This document shows, in pieces, positions 11,065-21,048 of a stretch of DNA of 64,000 nucleotides; positions within the stretch are counted from its first letter, which is position 1; each line of letters begins with the position of its first letter. Origin of the DNA: Tsukamurella paurometabola (GTDB taxonomy: Bacteria; Actinomycetota; Actinomycetes; Mycobacteriales; Mycobacteriaceae); NCBI GenBank assembly GCA_040391845.1, contig JBEBXD010000005.1, forward strand, positions 8,159 to 72,158, written 5' to 3'. The position numbers were made by a program, and so were the translations under genes. The notes under the pieces are model-generated. The model saw only the letters and a list, made by a program, of their open reading frames with translations. It did no database searches and was not told the DNA's origin.

Positions 11065-11083
11065 AGAGGTTAGCCTAAGCTGC
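11065..11083. promoter_or_regulatory. Candidate IdeR/DtxR iron box upstream of irtA
   Basis: AGAGGTTAGCCTAAGCTGC matches the IdeR consensus TTAGGTTAGSCTAACCTAA at 14/19 positions, with an 11-nt perfect core GGTTAGCCTAA. It lies 64-82 nt upstream of the irtA ATG. Confidence 0.4.
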
Positions 11084-11124
11084 CCATCCGGGCGGAGGCG
11101 GATTCTCCGGGGTCGGCGAGCGGC

Positions 11125-12993
11125 TCAGGCGGCCTGGTCGGCGAACTGGGTGCGGTACAGCTCCGCGTACCGCCCGCCGAGCGCGAGCAGGGACTCGTGC
11201 GTACCCCGTTCGACGATGCGGCCCGCCTCCAGCACCAGGATCTGGTCGGCGGCGCGGATCGTCGAGAGGCGGTGCGCGATGACCAGCGAGGTGCGGTCCG
11301 CGAGGGCCTCGCCGAGCGCGGCCTGGACGGCCGCCTCGGAGGTGGAGTCCAGGTGGGCCGTCGCCTCGTCGAGGATCACCACCGACGGCTGCGCGAGCAG
11401 CAGCCGCGCGATGGTCAGCCGCTGCCGCTCGCCGCCCGAGAGCCGGTAGCCGCGCTCGCCGACCACGGTGTCCAGCCCGTCGGGCAGGTGCGCGACCAGC
11501 TCCTGCAGGCGGGCCCGCCGCAGCGCGTCGCCGATCTGCGCGTCGGTCGCGTCGGGGTTCGCCAGCAGCAGGTTGGCGCGGATGGTGTCGTGGAACAGGT
11601 GTCCGTCCTGGGTGACCAGTCCGACGGCGGAGTGCAGGCTCCGGGCGGTGATCTCGCGCAGGTCCGTGCCGTTGAGCGTGATCGCTCCGGCGTCCGGGTC
11701 GTACAGCCGGGTGGCGAGCTGCGCGATGGTCGACTTGCCCGCGCCGGAGCTCCCGACCAGTGCGACCAACGAGCCCGGCGCCGCGGTGAAGTCGATGCCG
11801 TGCAGCACCTGCTCGCCGCCGCGGGTGTCGAGCTGCGCGACCTCCTCCAGCGACGCGAGGGAGACCTTCTCGGCCGACGGGTAGGCGAAGTCGACGCCGG
11901 CGAACCGCAGCTCGGTGGGGCCCTTGGCGATCTCCCGCGCATCGGGGGCGTCGCGCACCATCGGCTCCAGGTCGAGCACCTCGAAGACCCGCTCGAACGA
12001 GACGAGGGCCGTCATCACCTCGACCCGGGCGTTGGCGAGCGCGGTGAGCGGCACGTACAGCCGGGTGAGCAGCAGCGCGAGCGCGACGACGGCGCCGGCC
12101 TGCAGATCGCCGCGGAGCGCGTAGAAGCCGCCGAGCCCGTACACCAGGGCGAGCGCGAGCGAACTGACGAGCGTCAGCATGGTCACGAACGTCATCCGCG
12201 CCATCGCCGTGCGCACACCGATGTCGCGCACCGCCCCGGCGCGCCAGGCGAACTCGTGCGATTCGATCTCGGGCCGGCCGTACAGCTTCACCAGGGTGGC
12301 GCCGGGAGCGGAGAACCGCTCCGTCATCTGGTCGCTCATCGACGCGTTGTGCCGGGCGGCGCGCCGCGACATCGCCGCGATCCGGCGGCCCATGCTGCGC
12401 GACGGGATGATGAAGACGGGCAGGAGCACCAGCGCGAGCAGTGTGATCTGCCAGGAGATGCTGAGCATGACGCCCAGCGTGAGCGCCAGGGTGACCACGT
12501 TGGTGACCACGCCGGCCAGCGTGTCGGAGAACGCGCGCTGTGCCCCGAGCACGTCGTTGTTCAGCCGCGAGACCAGCGCGCCGGTGCGGGTGCGGGTGAA
12601 GAAGGCCACCGGCATCGTCTGGACGTGGTCGAACACGGCCGTGCGGAGCTGGTAGATGAGGCCCTCGCCGATCCGGGAGGAGAACCAGCGCGAGAGCAGG
12701 TCCACTCCCGCGCCGGTGATCGCGATGGCGGCGATCAGCAGCGCCAGCTCGACCACCGTGGCGGTGGGGCCGCCGCCCACGATCCGGTCGACGACGCGGC
12801 CGGCGAGCAGCGGCGTCGCCACGGCGAGCAGTGCCGAGACGACGGAGAGCAGGAGGAAAGCGGCGAGCCGCGTGCGGTGCGGCCGGGCGAAGGGGCCCAT
12901 GCGGCGCATCGTCTCGACGGGCCGGCGCGTGGGTGCGTCGAGCGCCCGTGAACCGCGGTACAGGGTGTCCCAGGCGACGGATTCCATGCTCAT
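11125..12993 (-). CDS. ABC exporter, fused permease/ATPase (multidrug/lipid-exporter type)
   Basis: 622 aa with a six-TM domain, then [19 protein letters not shown] and VVILDEATAHLD. Confidence 0.85.
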   Translation of the reverse strand: MSMESVAWDTLYRGSRALDAPTRRPVETMRRMGPFARPHRTRLAAFLLLSVVSALLAVATPLLAGRVVDRIVGGGPTATVVELALLIAAIAITGAGVDLLSRWFSSRIGEGLIYQLRTAVFDHVQTMPVAFFTRTRTGALVSRLNNDVLGAQRAFSDTLAGVVTNVVTLALTLGVMLSISWQITLLALVLLPVFIIPSRSMGRRIAAMSRRAARHNASMSDQMTERFSAPGATLVKLYGRPEIESHEFAWRAGAVRDIGVRTAMARMTFVTMLTLVSSLALALVYGLGGFYALRGDLQAGAVVALALLLTRLYVPLTALANARVEVMTALVSFERVFEVLDLEPMVRDAPDAREIAKGPTELRFAGVDFAYPSAEKVSLASLEEVAQLDTRGGEQVLHGIDFTAAPGSLVALVGSSGAGKSTIAQLATRLYDPDAGAITLNGTDLREITARSLHSAVGLVTQDGHLFHDTIRANLLLANPDATDAQIGDALRRARLQELVAHLPDGLDTVVGERGYRLSGGERQRLTIARLLLAQPSVVILDEATAHLDSTSEAAVQAALGEALADRTSLVIAHRLSTIRAADQILVLEAGRIVERGTHESLLALGGRYAELYRTQFADQAA

Positions 12994-13171
12994 GCATACG
13001 AGGCTAGGACCTCAACATATGTTCATGTCCAGCACTTTCGCCGACGGCGAATGCGCGACCGGGTGCGTCGCCGCTCTTGACAAACCACTGAGCTTTACTT
13101 GAGTCTCAATAGTCACAGTGGTCACGTCCGCCTCGGTCGGTGCGTGACCGACGACTGAAGGAGACCCGAGG

Positions 13172-14077
13172 ATGTCCGTGTGGATCGACGGCGGCCCCCG
13201 GCGGTCACGACGTGGACGCGCCGCGCGCGTCGCTCTCCTCGCGGCGGTGCCCGTCATCGCGATCGGCGGCGTGCTCGCCGGCGCCGGCGCGCCGAGCGGA
13301 CCGTCGGACCCCTCCCTGGTCGACAACTACCCCGGCGCCGCGGGCGGGCCCGGCCGCGGCATGAGCCAGCTCGGCGCGCTCAGCTACGCCAAGCAGGGCT
13401 GGGACGCCCAGCGGATCCTGGCCCACTACTACCCGGGCACCACGCTCGGCACGGTCCACACCGGCCTGCCCGTCACCGTCCGGCTCAGCCAGCGCAACCG
13501 GCTGGACGTGCTCGCGCCGGCCGGCGCGCTCATCGCGGGCAAGCAGGTCATGCCGGGGCAGGCCGTCAGCATCGAGGGGACCACCGCCACCGTCCGGCAG
13601 GGGTGCGGCGGGCAGGTGCTCGGCACCCTCGAGGTCCCGGACGCCACCATCAGCCCCCTGACGGCCGACCAGGGCGTGCCCGTCGATCAGGTGCTGCGGT
13701 TCTGCAGCGACGACGCCCGGTACCGCGGGCGCCTGGTCGCCCGACCCGACGGGGTGCTCAACGTGGTGGGCATCGAGGACTACGTGCGCAGTGTGGTCCC
13801 CGTCGAGAATTCGCCCGGATGGGCCGATCAGGGCGGCACGGCCGCACTCCAGGCCCAGGCCATCGCGGCGCGCTCCTACGTGCTGGTTCGCGGCGCCGAA
13901 CGCGGCGAGACCTTCGACGACACGCAGGCGTCCCAGGTGTACGGCGGCGTCGACAAGGAGGACCCCCGCACCGATGCGGTCGTGGTGAGCACCTACGGAC
14001 TGGTGATGTCGAAGGACGGGCACGTCTACGAGACCGAGTACGGGGCCTCCCGCGCCGACGACCCCGCCACCCCGTAG
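13172..14077 (+). CDS. SpoIID/LytB-domain protein (secreted cell-wall associated)
   Basis: 301 aa. SD GAAGGAG lies upstream. A signal/TM segment is followed by GMSQLGALSYAKQGWDAQRILAHYYPGT and ALQAQAIAARSYVL...SQVYGG, which are typical SpoIID motifs. Confidence 0.75.
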   Translation: MSVWIDGGPRRSRRGRAARVALLAAVPVIAIGGVLAGAGAPSGPSDPSLVDNYPGAAGGPGRGMSQLGALSYAKQGWDAQRILAHYYPGTTLGTVHTGLPVTVRLSQRNRLDVLAPAGALIAGKQVMPGQAVSIEGTTATVRQGCGGQVLGTLEVPDATISPLTADQGVPVDQVLRFCSDDARYRGRLVARPDGVLNVVGIEDYVRSVVPVENSPGWADQGGTAALQAQAIAARSYVLVRGAERGETFDDTQASQVYGGVDKEDPRTDAVVVSTYGLVMSKDGHVYETEYGASRADDPATP

Positions 14078-14086
14078 CCGCCCGGA

Positions 14087-14146
14087 ATTGAACACCGTTA
14101 CGGACGGCGAAGTCCCAGGTCGCCGCGGACAGTAACAGTGTTCAAT
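14087..14146. repeat. Long imperfect inverted repeat (15-nt AT-rich arms, 30-nt spacer) between the SpoIID-like gene and fgd1
   Basis: ATTGAACACCGTTAC (14087-14101) pairs with GTAACAGTGTTCAAT (14132-14146) at 14/15 complementary positions. The spacer contains its own small hairpin GGCGA-N9-TCGCC. Confidence 0.6.
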
Positions 14147-14168
14147 CGGACGCAGTAGTGTGAGTCAC

Positions 14169-15179
14169 ATGGCGAAGTTGCAACTCGGGTACAAGGCGTC
14201 GGCGGAGCAGTTCGCGCCCCGCGAACTGGTGGAGATCGCCGTCGCGGCGGAGGCGGCGGGCATGGACTCGGTCGCGGTGAGCGACCACTTCCAGCCGTGG
14301 CGGGTGAACGGCGGCCACGCCCCCTTCTCCCTCGCCTGGATGGCCGCCGTCGGCGAGCGCACCGAGCGCGTCAGGATCGGCACCTCCGTGATGACGCCCA
14401 CCTTCCGCTACAACCCGGCCGTGATCGCGCAGGCGTTCGCGTCGATGGCGTGCATGTACCCCGACCGGATCTTCCTCGGCGCGGGAACCGGCGAGGCGCT
14501 CAACGAGTACGCCACCGGCTTCCAGGGGGAGTGGCCCGAGTTCAAGGAGCGCTTCGCCCGGCTGCGGGAAGCGGTGCGGCTCATGCGCGAACTGTGGACC
14601 GGCGAGGTCACGAACTTCGACGGCGAGTACTACCACACCAAGGACGCGGTGCTGTTCGACATCCCGGACGAGCCGGTGCCCGTCTACATCGCCGCCGGCG
14701 GGCCCGTGGTCGCCAAGTACGCGGGCCGCGCGGGCGACGGCATGATCTGCACCTCGGGCAAGGGCATGGACCTGTACACCGAGAAGCTGATCCCCGCGGC
14801 GAAGGAGGGCGCCGAGCTGGGCGGCCGCGACTTCGACGCGCTGGACAAGATGATCGAGATCAAGATCAGCTACGACCCGGATCCCGAACTGGCGCTGGAG
14901 AACACGCGCTTCTGGGCCCCGCTCTCGCTGACCGCCGAGCAGAAGCACAGCGTGAACAGCTCCGCGGAGATGGAGCGCCTCGCCGACGAATTGCCCATCG
15001 AACAGGTCGCCAAGCGGTGGATCGTGGCCTCGGACCCCGACGAGGCGGTCGCCGCCGTCGAGCAGTACGTGGACGCGGGCCTGAACCACCTGGTGTTCCA
15101 CGCACCCGGGCACGATCAGCGGCGCTTCCTGGACAACTTCCAGCGCGATCTGGAGCCGCGCCTGCGGGCGCTGGGCTGA
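14169..15179 (+). CDS. fgd1: F420-dependent glucose-6-phosphate dehydrogenase
   Basis: [22 protein letters not shown]...[15 protein letters not shown]...[16 protein letters not shown] is near-colinear with M. tuberculosis Fgd1 as I recall it. The track start GTG 14160 is an alternative. Confidence 0.93.
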   Translation: MAKLQLGYKASAEQFAPRELVEIAVAAEAAGMDSVAVSDHFQPWRVNGGHAPFSLAWMAAVGERTERVRIGTSVMTPTFRYNPAVIAQAFASMACMYPDRIFLGAGTGEALNEYATGFQGEWPEFKERFARLREAVRLMRELWTGEVTNFDGEYYHTKDAVLFDIPDEPVPVYIAAGGPVVAKYAGRAGDGMICTSGKGMDLYTEKLIPAAKEGAELGGRDFDALDKMIEIKISYDPDPELALENTRFWAPLSLTAEQKHSVNSSAEMERLADELPIEQVAKRWIVASDPDEAVAAVEQYVDAGLNHLVFHAPGHDQRRFLDNFQRDLEPRLRALG

Positions 15180-15194
15180 GCCGCGCCTGCGATA

Positions 15195-17348
15195 GTGAAC
15201 CTCATGGCCTCCATCGCCGAGCGATCACCGAAGACCACCAGCATCTACATCGCCTCCCCTGAGGGGGACACGGGCAAGTCGACCATCGCGCTGGGCGCGA
15301 TGAACCTGCTCACCTCCGCGGGCTGGACGATCGGCGTGTTCCGGCCGATCCCCCGCTCCACGGGCGAGCAGCGCGACTACATCCTGGAACTGCTCATCGA
15401 GCAGGCCACCGCGGACCTCGACTACGACGAGTGCGTGGGTGTGAGCTACGAGAAGGTGCACGAGGACCCGGATTCCGCGATCGCCGAGATCGTGAGCCGC
15501 TTCCACGCCGTCGCCGACAAGTGCGACTTCGTCCTCGTGCTGGGCTCGGACTACACCGACGTCACCACGCCGACCGAGCTGTCTTTCAACGCCCGGATCG
15601 CGGCCAACCTCGGCTCGTCGATCCTGCTGGCGGTGAAGGCGCTCGACCGGACACCGGAGCAGGTGGTCGCCGTCGCCGAGCAGTCGATGGCGGAGATCCG
15701 GGCCAATCACGCCCACACCGCGTCGATCATCGCGAACCGCTGCGCGCCACAGCAGCTCGAGGCCGTGTGCACGGCGCTCAAGGCCGATACCGGCCTCCCC
15801 GTCTGGGTGCTGCCGGAGGAGCCGGTGCTCACCGCGCCCACCATGGGCGAGCTGATGGACGCGATGGACGGGCGCCTGCTCTGGGGCGACCCCGAACTGC
15901 TCCCGCGCGAGGCGATGGACGTCCTGGTCGCGGGGATGACGGCCGAGCACAGCCTCGAACGGCTCACCGAGGGCGTGGCCGTGATCGCCCCGGGCGACCG
16001 GTCCGAGGTCCTGCTCGCCATGGTGACCGCCCACCGCGCCAACGGTTTCCCCTCGCTGGCGGGGATCATCCTCAACGGCGGGTACGCCCCGCACCCGATG
16101 ACCGCGGCGCTGGTCGACGGGCTGCGGCCCAACGTGCCGATCATCGCCGTCGAGCACGGCACGTACGAGACCGCCCGGATCGCGGCCAAGACGCGCGGCC
16201 GCGTGGGCCCCGGCTCCGAGCGCAAGGTGGACCTCGCGATCGCCCTGACGGAGAAGTACGTCGACCCGGAGGGCCTGCTGGAGGCGCTGCAGGTCTCCAA
16301 CCCGGGCGTCGTGACGCCGCAGATGTTCGAGTACAGCCTGATCGCGCGGGCCCGCGCCGACCGCAAGCGGATCGTGCTGCCCGAGGGAGGCGACGACCGA
16401 ATCCTGCGAGCGGCGGGCCGGCTGCTGCAGCGCGAGGTCGCGGACCTGATCATCCTCGGCCAGGAGTCGCGGGTGCGGGCGCGCGCCGCCGAGCTCGGCG
16501 TGGACCTCGGCAGCACCGAGGTGATCGATCCGAAGAACGCGAAGGAACTCGTCGACCGGTTCGCCACCACCTACTACGAGCTGCGCAAGCACAAGGGCAT
16601 GACGCTCGAGCGGGCCGCCGAGGCCGTGGTCGACGTGAGTTACTTCGGCACCATGATGGTGCACCTGGGCATGGCGGACGGGATGGTCTCCGGCGCGGCC
16701 CACACCACCGCGCACACCATACGGCCCTCGTTCGAGATCATCAAGACCAAGCCCGGCGTCTCGACGGTGTCGTCGATCTTCCTGATGTGCCTGGCCGACA
16801 AGGTGCTCGCCTACGGCGACTGCGCGGTGGTGCCCGACCCCACGGATACGCAGCTCGCCGACATCGCGATCTCCTCGGCGGAGACCGCGTCCCAGTTCGG
16901 GATCGACCCGCGGGTCGCGATGCTCTCCTACTCCACCGGCGAGTCCGGTACCGGCGCCGACGTGGACAAGGTACGCGCCGCCACGGCGTTCGTCCGTGAG
17001 CGCGCGCCGGAACTGTTGGTGGAGGGCCCGATCCAGTACGACGCGGCCGTCGATCCGGGGGTCGCCGCCTCGAAGATGCCGGATTCGGCCGTCGCCGGGA
17101 AGGCGACGGTGCTCGTGTTCCCCGACCTGAACACCGGGAACAACACCTACAAGGCCGTGCAGCGCTCCGCCGGTGCCATCGCGATCGGGCCGGTGCTGCA
17201 GGGGCTCAACGCCCCGATCAACGACCTCTCCCGCGGGGCGCTGGTCGAGGACATAGTCAACACGGTGGCGATCACCGCGATCCAGGCCCAGGCCTTCGCG
17301 CAGGAGCGAGGCGGCGCGGCGGGCGACGCAGAGGGGAGTGCCCGATGA
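15195..17348 (+). CDS. pta: Phosphate acetyltransferase (long form with N-terminal regulatory domains)
   Basis: 717 aa with a C-terminal PTA_PTB domain ([17 protein letters not shown]...AVVPDPT...DLSRGA). It overlaps ackA as ATGA. ATG 15204 is an alternative start. Confidence 0.93.
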   Translation: MNLMASIAERSPKTTSIYIASPEGDTGKSTIALGAMNLLTSAGWTIGVFRPIPRSTGEQRDYILELLIEQATADLDYDECVGVSYEKVHEDPDSAIAEIVSRFHAVADKCDFVLVLGSDYTDVTTPTELSFNARIAANLGSSILLAVKALDRTPEQVVAVAEQSMAEIRANHAHTASIIANRCAPQQLEAVCTALKADTGLPVWVLPEEPVLTAPTMGELMDAMDGRLLWGDPELLPREAMDVLVAGMTAEHSLERLTEGVAVIAPGDRSEVLLAMVTAHRANGFPSLAGIILNGGYAPHPMTAALVDGLRPNVPIIAVEHGTYETARIAAKTRGRVGPGSERKVDLAIALTEKYVDPEGLLEALQVSNPGVVTPQMFEYSLIARARADRKRIVLPEGGDDRILRAAGRLLQREVADLIILGQESRVRARAAELGVDLGSTEVIDPKNAKELVDRFATTYYELRKHKGMTLERAAEAVVDVSYFGTMMVHLGMADGMVSGAAHTTAHTIRPSFEIIKTKPGVSTVSSIFLMCLADKVLAYGDCAVVPDPTDTQLADIAISSAETASQFGIDPRVAMLSYSTGESGTGADVDKVRAATAFVRERAPELLVEGPIQYDAAVDPGVAASKMPDSAVAGKATVLVFPDLNTGNNTYKAVQRSAGAIAIGPVLQGLNAPINDLSRGALVEDIVNTVAITAIQAQAFAQERGGAAGDAEGSAR

Positions 17349-18511
17349 GTGCCGTCGCGGGGTCCGTCCTGGTTCTCAACTCCGGATCGTCGTCGCTGAA
17401 GTACCAACTGCTGCACCCGGAGACCGGCGAGGTGGTGCACGGCGGCATCGTCGAGCGTATCGGCGAGACCGACGTGCCGGACCACAAGGCCGCGCTGCGG
17501 CGCGTGTTCGATGAGTTCGCGGCGCGGGGCCTCGACCTCACCGCGGGGGCGGGCACGCCCGAGGGCGTGGTCGCGGTGGGGCACCGCGTGGTGCACGGGG
17601 GCCGCTCGTTCCATTCCCCCACGCTGATCGACGATCGCGTGCTCGCCGAGATCCGTCGGCTCAGTTCGCTGGCACCGCTGCACAATCCGGCCAACGCCCA
17701 GGGCATCGAGGTGGCACGCGAGCTGCTGCCGGGCGTCAAGCAGGTGGCGGTGTTCGATACGGCCTTCTTCTTCGACCTGCCGCCGGCCGCATCCACCTAT
17801 GCGATCGATCGCGAGCTGGCGTTGCGACATGCGCTGCGGCGGTACGGGTTCCACGGAACCTCCCACCAGTACGTCTCGCAGCAGGCCGCGAAGTTCCTGG
17901 GTCGGCCGTACTCGGAGGTGAACCAGATCGTCCTGCACCTCGGTAACGGCGCCAGCGCCTCCGCTGTCCGCGGGGGCCGCGCCGTGGACACTTCGATGGG
18001 GCTGACACCGCTCGAGGGCCTGGTCATGGGCACCCGCAGCGGCGACATCGACCCGGGGCTCGTCCTGCACCTGGGGCGCGGCCTGGGCATGACGATCGAC
18101 GAGATCGACGACCTGCTCAACCGCCGCTCGGGACTCAAGGGTATGGCGGGGGAGAACGACTTCCGCGCATTGAGCACCCTCATCTCGGCGGGTGACGAGG
18201 AGGCGAAGCTGGCCTACGACGTGTACATCCACCGGTTGCGTCGCTACATCGGCGCGTACCTCGTGGACCTGGGAGGTGCCGACGCCATCACCTTCACCGC
18301 CGGGGTCGGCGAGAACTCCGCTCAAGTGCGTGCCGATGCGCTGGCCGGGCTGGAACGGTTCGGCATCGTCGTCGATCCCGAGCGCAACGCCGGGCGGATC
18401 ACCGAGCCCACCCTGATCTCGCCCCGGGACGACCCCGCGGCCACCGTCGCCGTACTCGTCGTGCCGACGAACGAGGAGCTCGCGATCGCCCGCGAAGCAG
18501 CCGCGCTGTAA
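17345..18511 (+). CDS. ackA: Acetate kinase
   Basis: [16 protein letters not shown]...VGHRVVHGG...YGFHGTSH...LGNGASA...TAGVGENS are canonical AckA motifs. Confidence 0.95.
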   Translation: MSAVAGSVLVLNSGSSSLKYQLLHPETGEVVHGGIVERIGETDVPDHKAALRRVFDEFAARGLDLTAGAGTPEGVVAVGHRVVHGGRSFHSPTLIDDRVLAEIRRLSSLAPLHNPANAQGIEVARELLPGVKQVAVFDTAFFFDLPPAASTYAIDRELALRHALRRYGFHGTSHQYVSQQAAKFLGRPYSEVNQIVLHLGNGASASAVRGGRAVDTSMGLTPLEGLVMGTRSGDIDPGLVLHLGRGLGMTIDEIDDLLNRRSGLKGMAGENDFRALSTLISAGDEEAKLAYDVYIHRLRRYIGAYLVDLGGADAITFTAGVGENSAQVRADALAGLERFGIVVDPERNAGRITEPTLISPRDDPAATVAVLVVPTNEELAIAREAAAL

Positions 18512-20073
18512 TGCCTCTCGGGCACGCGGCGGGGGGATCCGGGGGCGACGGGCCCGACTACGGCTCGCCGCTCCTGGGAACCCGCACCGAGGGTGCCCGG
18601 CAGCGCCGGTCCCGCGCCGTCGCGCTGATCGCGGTGACCACTTCCGCCTCGACGCTGCTGGGCGGCGGGTTCGCGGCGATGCTCGTGGTGGTCGGGATCC
18701 CCGAACCGTCCGTGCTGCGGCCCGAACTGAACACCGTCAACAGCGTCGCCGTGCCGACGTACATCGCGGCCGGCCTCGTGATCGGCCACTTCTACACCTT
18801 CTGGCTGGTGCGCCGCTCGCTGCGCTGGGCGGGGGGCGAGGACCCGCCGACCCCACGGGAGGCGGCCGACGCGCTGGCCCTGCCGCGCCGCCTCCACTGG
18901 TTCGAGCTGGCCGCCTGGCTGTGTGCCGCGGTCATGTTCGGCTGGCTCTACGGCAGGGTCGATGCCGACCTCGTGCCGAAGGTCTCCCTCGTGGTGCTCG
19001 GCGCCGGCCTGATGACCTCCGGGGTCGTCCGCGTGCTCACCGAGTTCAGCCTGCGCCCCGTCACCGCGATCGCTCTGCGGGTGAACCGCCCGGAGCCCCG
19101 GCACCAGAGCCTGCAGGGGCGGTCGCTGTGGTTGTGGCTGTTGGGGTCGGGGCTGCCGCTGCTCGGTGTGATCACCGTGGGGCTGTTCGCCCTGTTCGAG
19201 CCCGCGGCGACGGTCCGCGGGATCGCCGTGAGCATGTGCGTTCTCGCCGCCGGCGGGATCTTCTCCGGTATGACGTTCAACCTGCTCTCCTCGTCCCGCG
19301 TCTCGGCGCCGGTGCAGAGCGTGACCACGGGCATGCGTCGAGTGTCGGAGGGCCGGTACGACACCGAGGTCGTGGTGTACGACGGGACCTCGCTGGGCGA
19401 TCTGCAGTCGGGGTTCAACGCGATGGCGGCCGGGCTGCGGGAGCGGGAGCGGGTGCGCGATCTGTACGCCCGGCAGGTGGGCGAGCAGGTGGCCCGCGCC
19501 ACCATCGAACGCGATCCCGAGCTGGGCGGGGTGGAGCAGACCGTCGCCGTGATCTTCATCGACCTCGTCGGCTCGACGGAGCTCGCCGCCGAACGCCCGG
19601 CCGCCGACGTGGTGCACATCCTCAACCGCTTCTGCAGCGTGGTCGTGGCGGAGGTGAACAGCCGCGGCGGGCTGGTGAACAAGTTCGAGGGCGACGCCGT
19701 GCTCGCCGTGTTCGGCGCCCCGGCTCCGCTGTCCGATCCCGCGGGGGCCGCCCTCGCGGCGGCGCGCGCCATGATGCGCCGCCTGATCCGGGAGGTGCCG
19801 GAGGTCCGGGCCGGCTGCGGCGTGACCTACGGCGTGGTGGTGGCCGGGTACGTGGGCGCGGCGGATCGGTTCGAGTACACCGTGATCGGCGACCCGGTCA
19901 ACGAGGCCGCCCGGCTCTCGACCTACGCCAAGGCGGACCCGACGGTGCCGTGGGCCTCGGCCCCGGCGGTCCGCACCGCGGACCGGGCGGAGTGCGCGCA
20001 CTGGCGGCCGGGCCCCGTCGAGGTGCTGCGCGGGCGGACCCAGCCGACGCGGATGTACCTCGCGAAGCTCTGA
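18511..20073 (+). CDS. Membrane-anchored class III adenylate/guanylate cyclase with HAMP linker
   Basis: The ATG shares one base with the ackA TAA stop (TAATG). Several N-terminal TM helices are followed by a HAMP-like segment, then the cyclase core VIFIDLVGSTELAA...KFEGDAVLAVFGAP...IGDPVNEAARL. Confidence 0.85.
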   Translation: MPLGHAAGGSGGDGPDYGSPLLGTRTEGARQRRSRAVALIAVTTSASTLLGGGFAAMLVVVGIPEPSVLRPELNTVNSVAVPTYIAAGLVIGHFYTFWLVRRSLRWAGGEDPPTPREAADALALPRRLHWFELAAWLCAAVMFGWLYGRVDADLVPKVSLVVLGAGLMTSGVVRVLTEFSLRPVTAIALRVNRPEPRHQSLQGRSLWLWLLGSGLPLLGVITVGLFALFEPAATVRGIAVSMCVLAAGGIFSGMTFNLLSSSRVSAPVQSVTTGMRRVSEGRYDTEVVVYDGTSLGDLQSGFNAMAAGLRERERVRDLYARQVGEQVARATIERDPELGGVEQTVAVIFIDLVGSTELAAERPAADVVHILNRFCSVVVAEVNSRGGLVNKFEGDAVLAVFGAPAPLSDPAGAALAAARAMMRRLIREVPEVRAGCGVTYGVVVAGYVGAADRFEYTVIGDPVNEAARLSTYAKADPTVPWASAPAVRTADRAECAHWRPGPVEVLRGRTQPTRMYLAKL

Positions 20074-20084
20074 CTCGGGCGGCG

Positions 20085-21011
20085 TCAGGCGAAGGTGGGC
20101 AGCCGCGAGGTCAGCTGGCCGAGAACCCATTCGATGGTCACGGGATTGGGCATCGACATGGCGTTGCCGATCATCTTGTCGACGGTCGCGATCCGGTGAT
20201 CGCGACTGACGGCCAGCGACCGGAACGCGGTGTCCTCGCCGGCCTTCGTGCCGTAGTCCAGGTACACCAGGGCGTCGAGGTCCAGCACGCTCACGCGCTC
20301 GGCGGGGATATCCGCGTAGAACTTCCCGGCCGGCACGAGGGACGAAACGGCTTCGGGCAGAGTGAATCCGAGCATCGTGAGCACCTGGCCGCGGCCGTCG
20401 CCGGTGGAGTAGGCGTAGAAGCCGCCGTCGGACTTGGGGAGGACGGTGGCCGCGGTCCTGCCCCGGTACTGCGGGTGCTGTTCCTGCGTGCGGCGGATCG
20501 TCTCCCGGGTCTTGGTGATCAGCCCGTCGCCCTGGGCGGTACGGCCGACGCCGGCAGCGATGGCGCGGACCTGCGCCTCCCACGGCACCGTCCACGCCGC
20601 GTACTGGGCGGGGCGACGGATCACCGGAGCGACCGCCTCCAGTCGCGCGAAGGTCGCATCGTCGAAGCCGGAGTTCACGGCGATGATCACGTCCGGCTTC
20701 GCGGCAGCGAGGGTCTCGATGGCCTTGGTGTCGAGTCCGTTGCCGGTGCCCAGCAGCAGCTGCGGGTTCCTGCCCTGCAGGAGCGGCTCGGCCCACACCC
20801 CGACCGGCTCGGTGGCGTCCTGCGCCCACGGCGCCACCAGTACGGGGACCACGCCGAGGGCGAGCAGGGTGTCGACGTCGCCGAGCCCGAGCGCCGCCAC
20901 GCGCTGCGGCGTCTGAGGGGCCTCACTCGCCGGGCCCGCTCCGGATCCGGAACCGCACGCGGCGAGGGTGAGCGCGAGCAGTGCGGCGAGGGCCGCGGAA
21001 ATCAGACGCAT
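20085..21011 (-). CDS. Iron-siderophore ABC transporter substrate-binding lipoprotein
   Basis: It has a lipobox (MRLISAALAALLALTLAACGSG) and looks like a FecB/FepB-type periplasmic binding protein. It is divergent from the permease genes. Confidence 0.85.
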   Translation of the reverse strand: MRLISAALAALLALTLAACGSGSGAGPASEAPQTPQRVAALGLGDVDTLLALGVVPVLVAPWAQDATEPVGVWAEPLLQGRNPQLLLGTGNGLDTKAIETLAAAKPDVIIAVNSGFDDATFARLEAVAPVIRRPAQYAAWTVPWEAQVRAIAAGVGRTAQGDGLITKTRETIRRTQEQHPQYRGRTAATVLPKSDGGFYAYSTGDGRGQVLTMLGFTLPEAVSSLVPAGKFYADIPAERVSVLDLDALVYLDYGTKAGEDTAFRSLAVSRDHRIATVDKMIGNAMSMPNPVTIEWVLGQLTSRLPTFA

Positions 21012-21048
21012 GCCGCCCCTTCCCTAGAATGAAGGGCAGCCTATCATT

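Noticed and set aside
13180-14091. 303-aa ORF in a different frame across the SpoIID-like gene
   Set aside because: The translation is Arg/Pro-rich nonsense. The 13172 frame carries the SpoIID motifs and a good SD.
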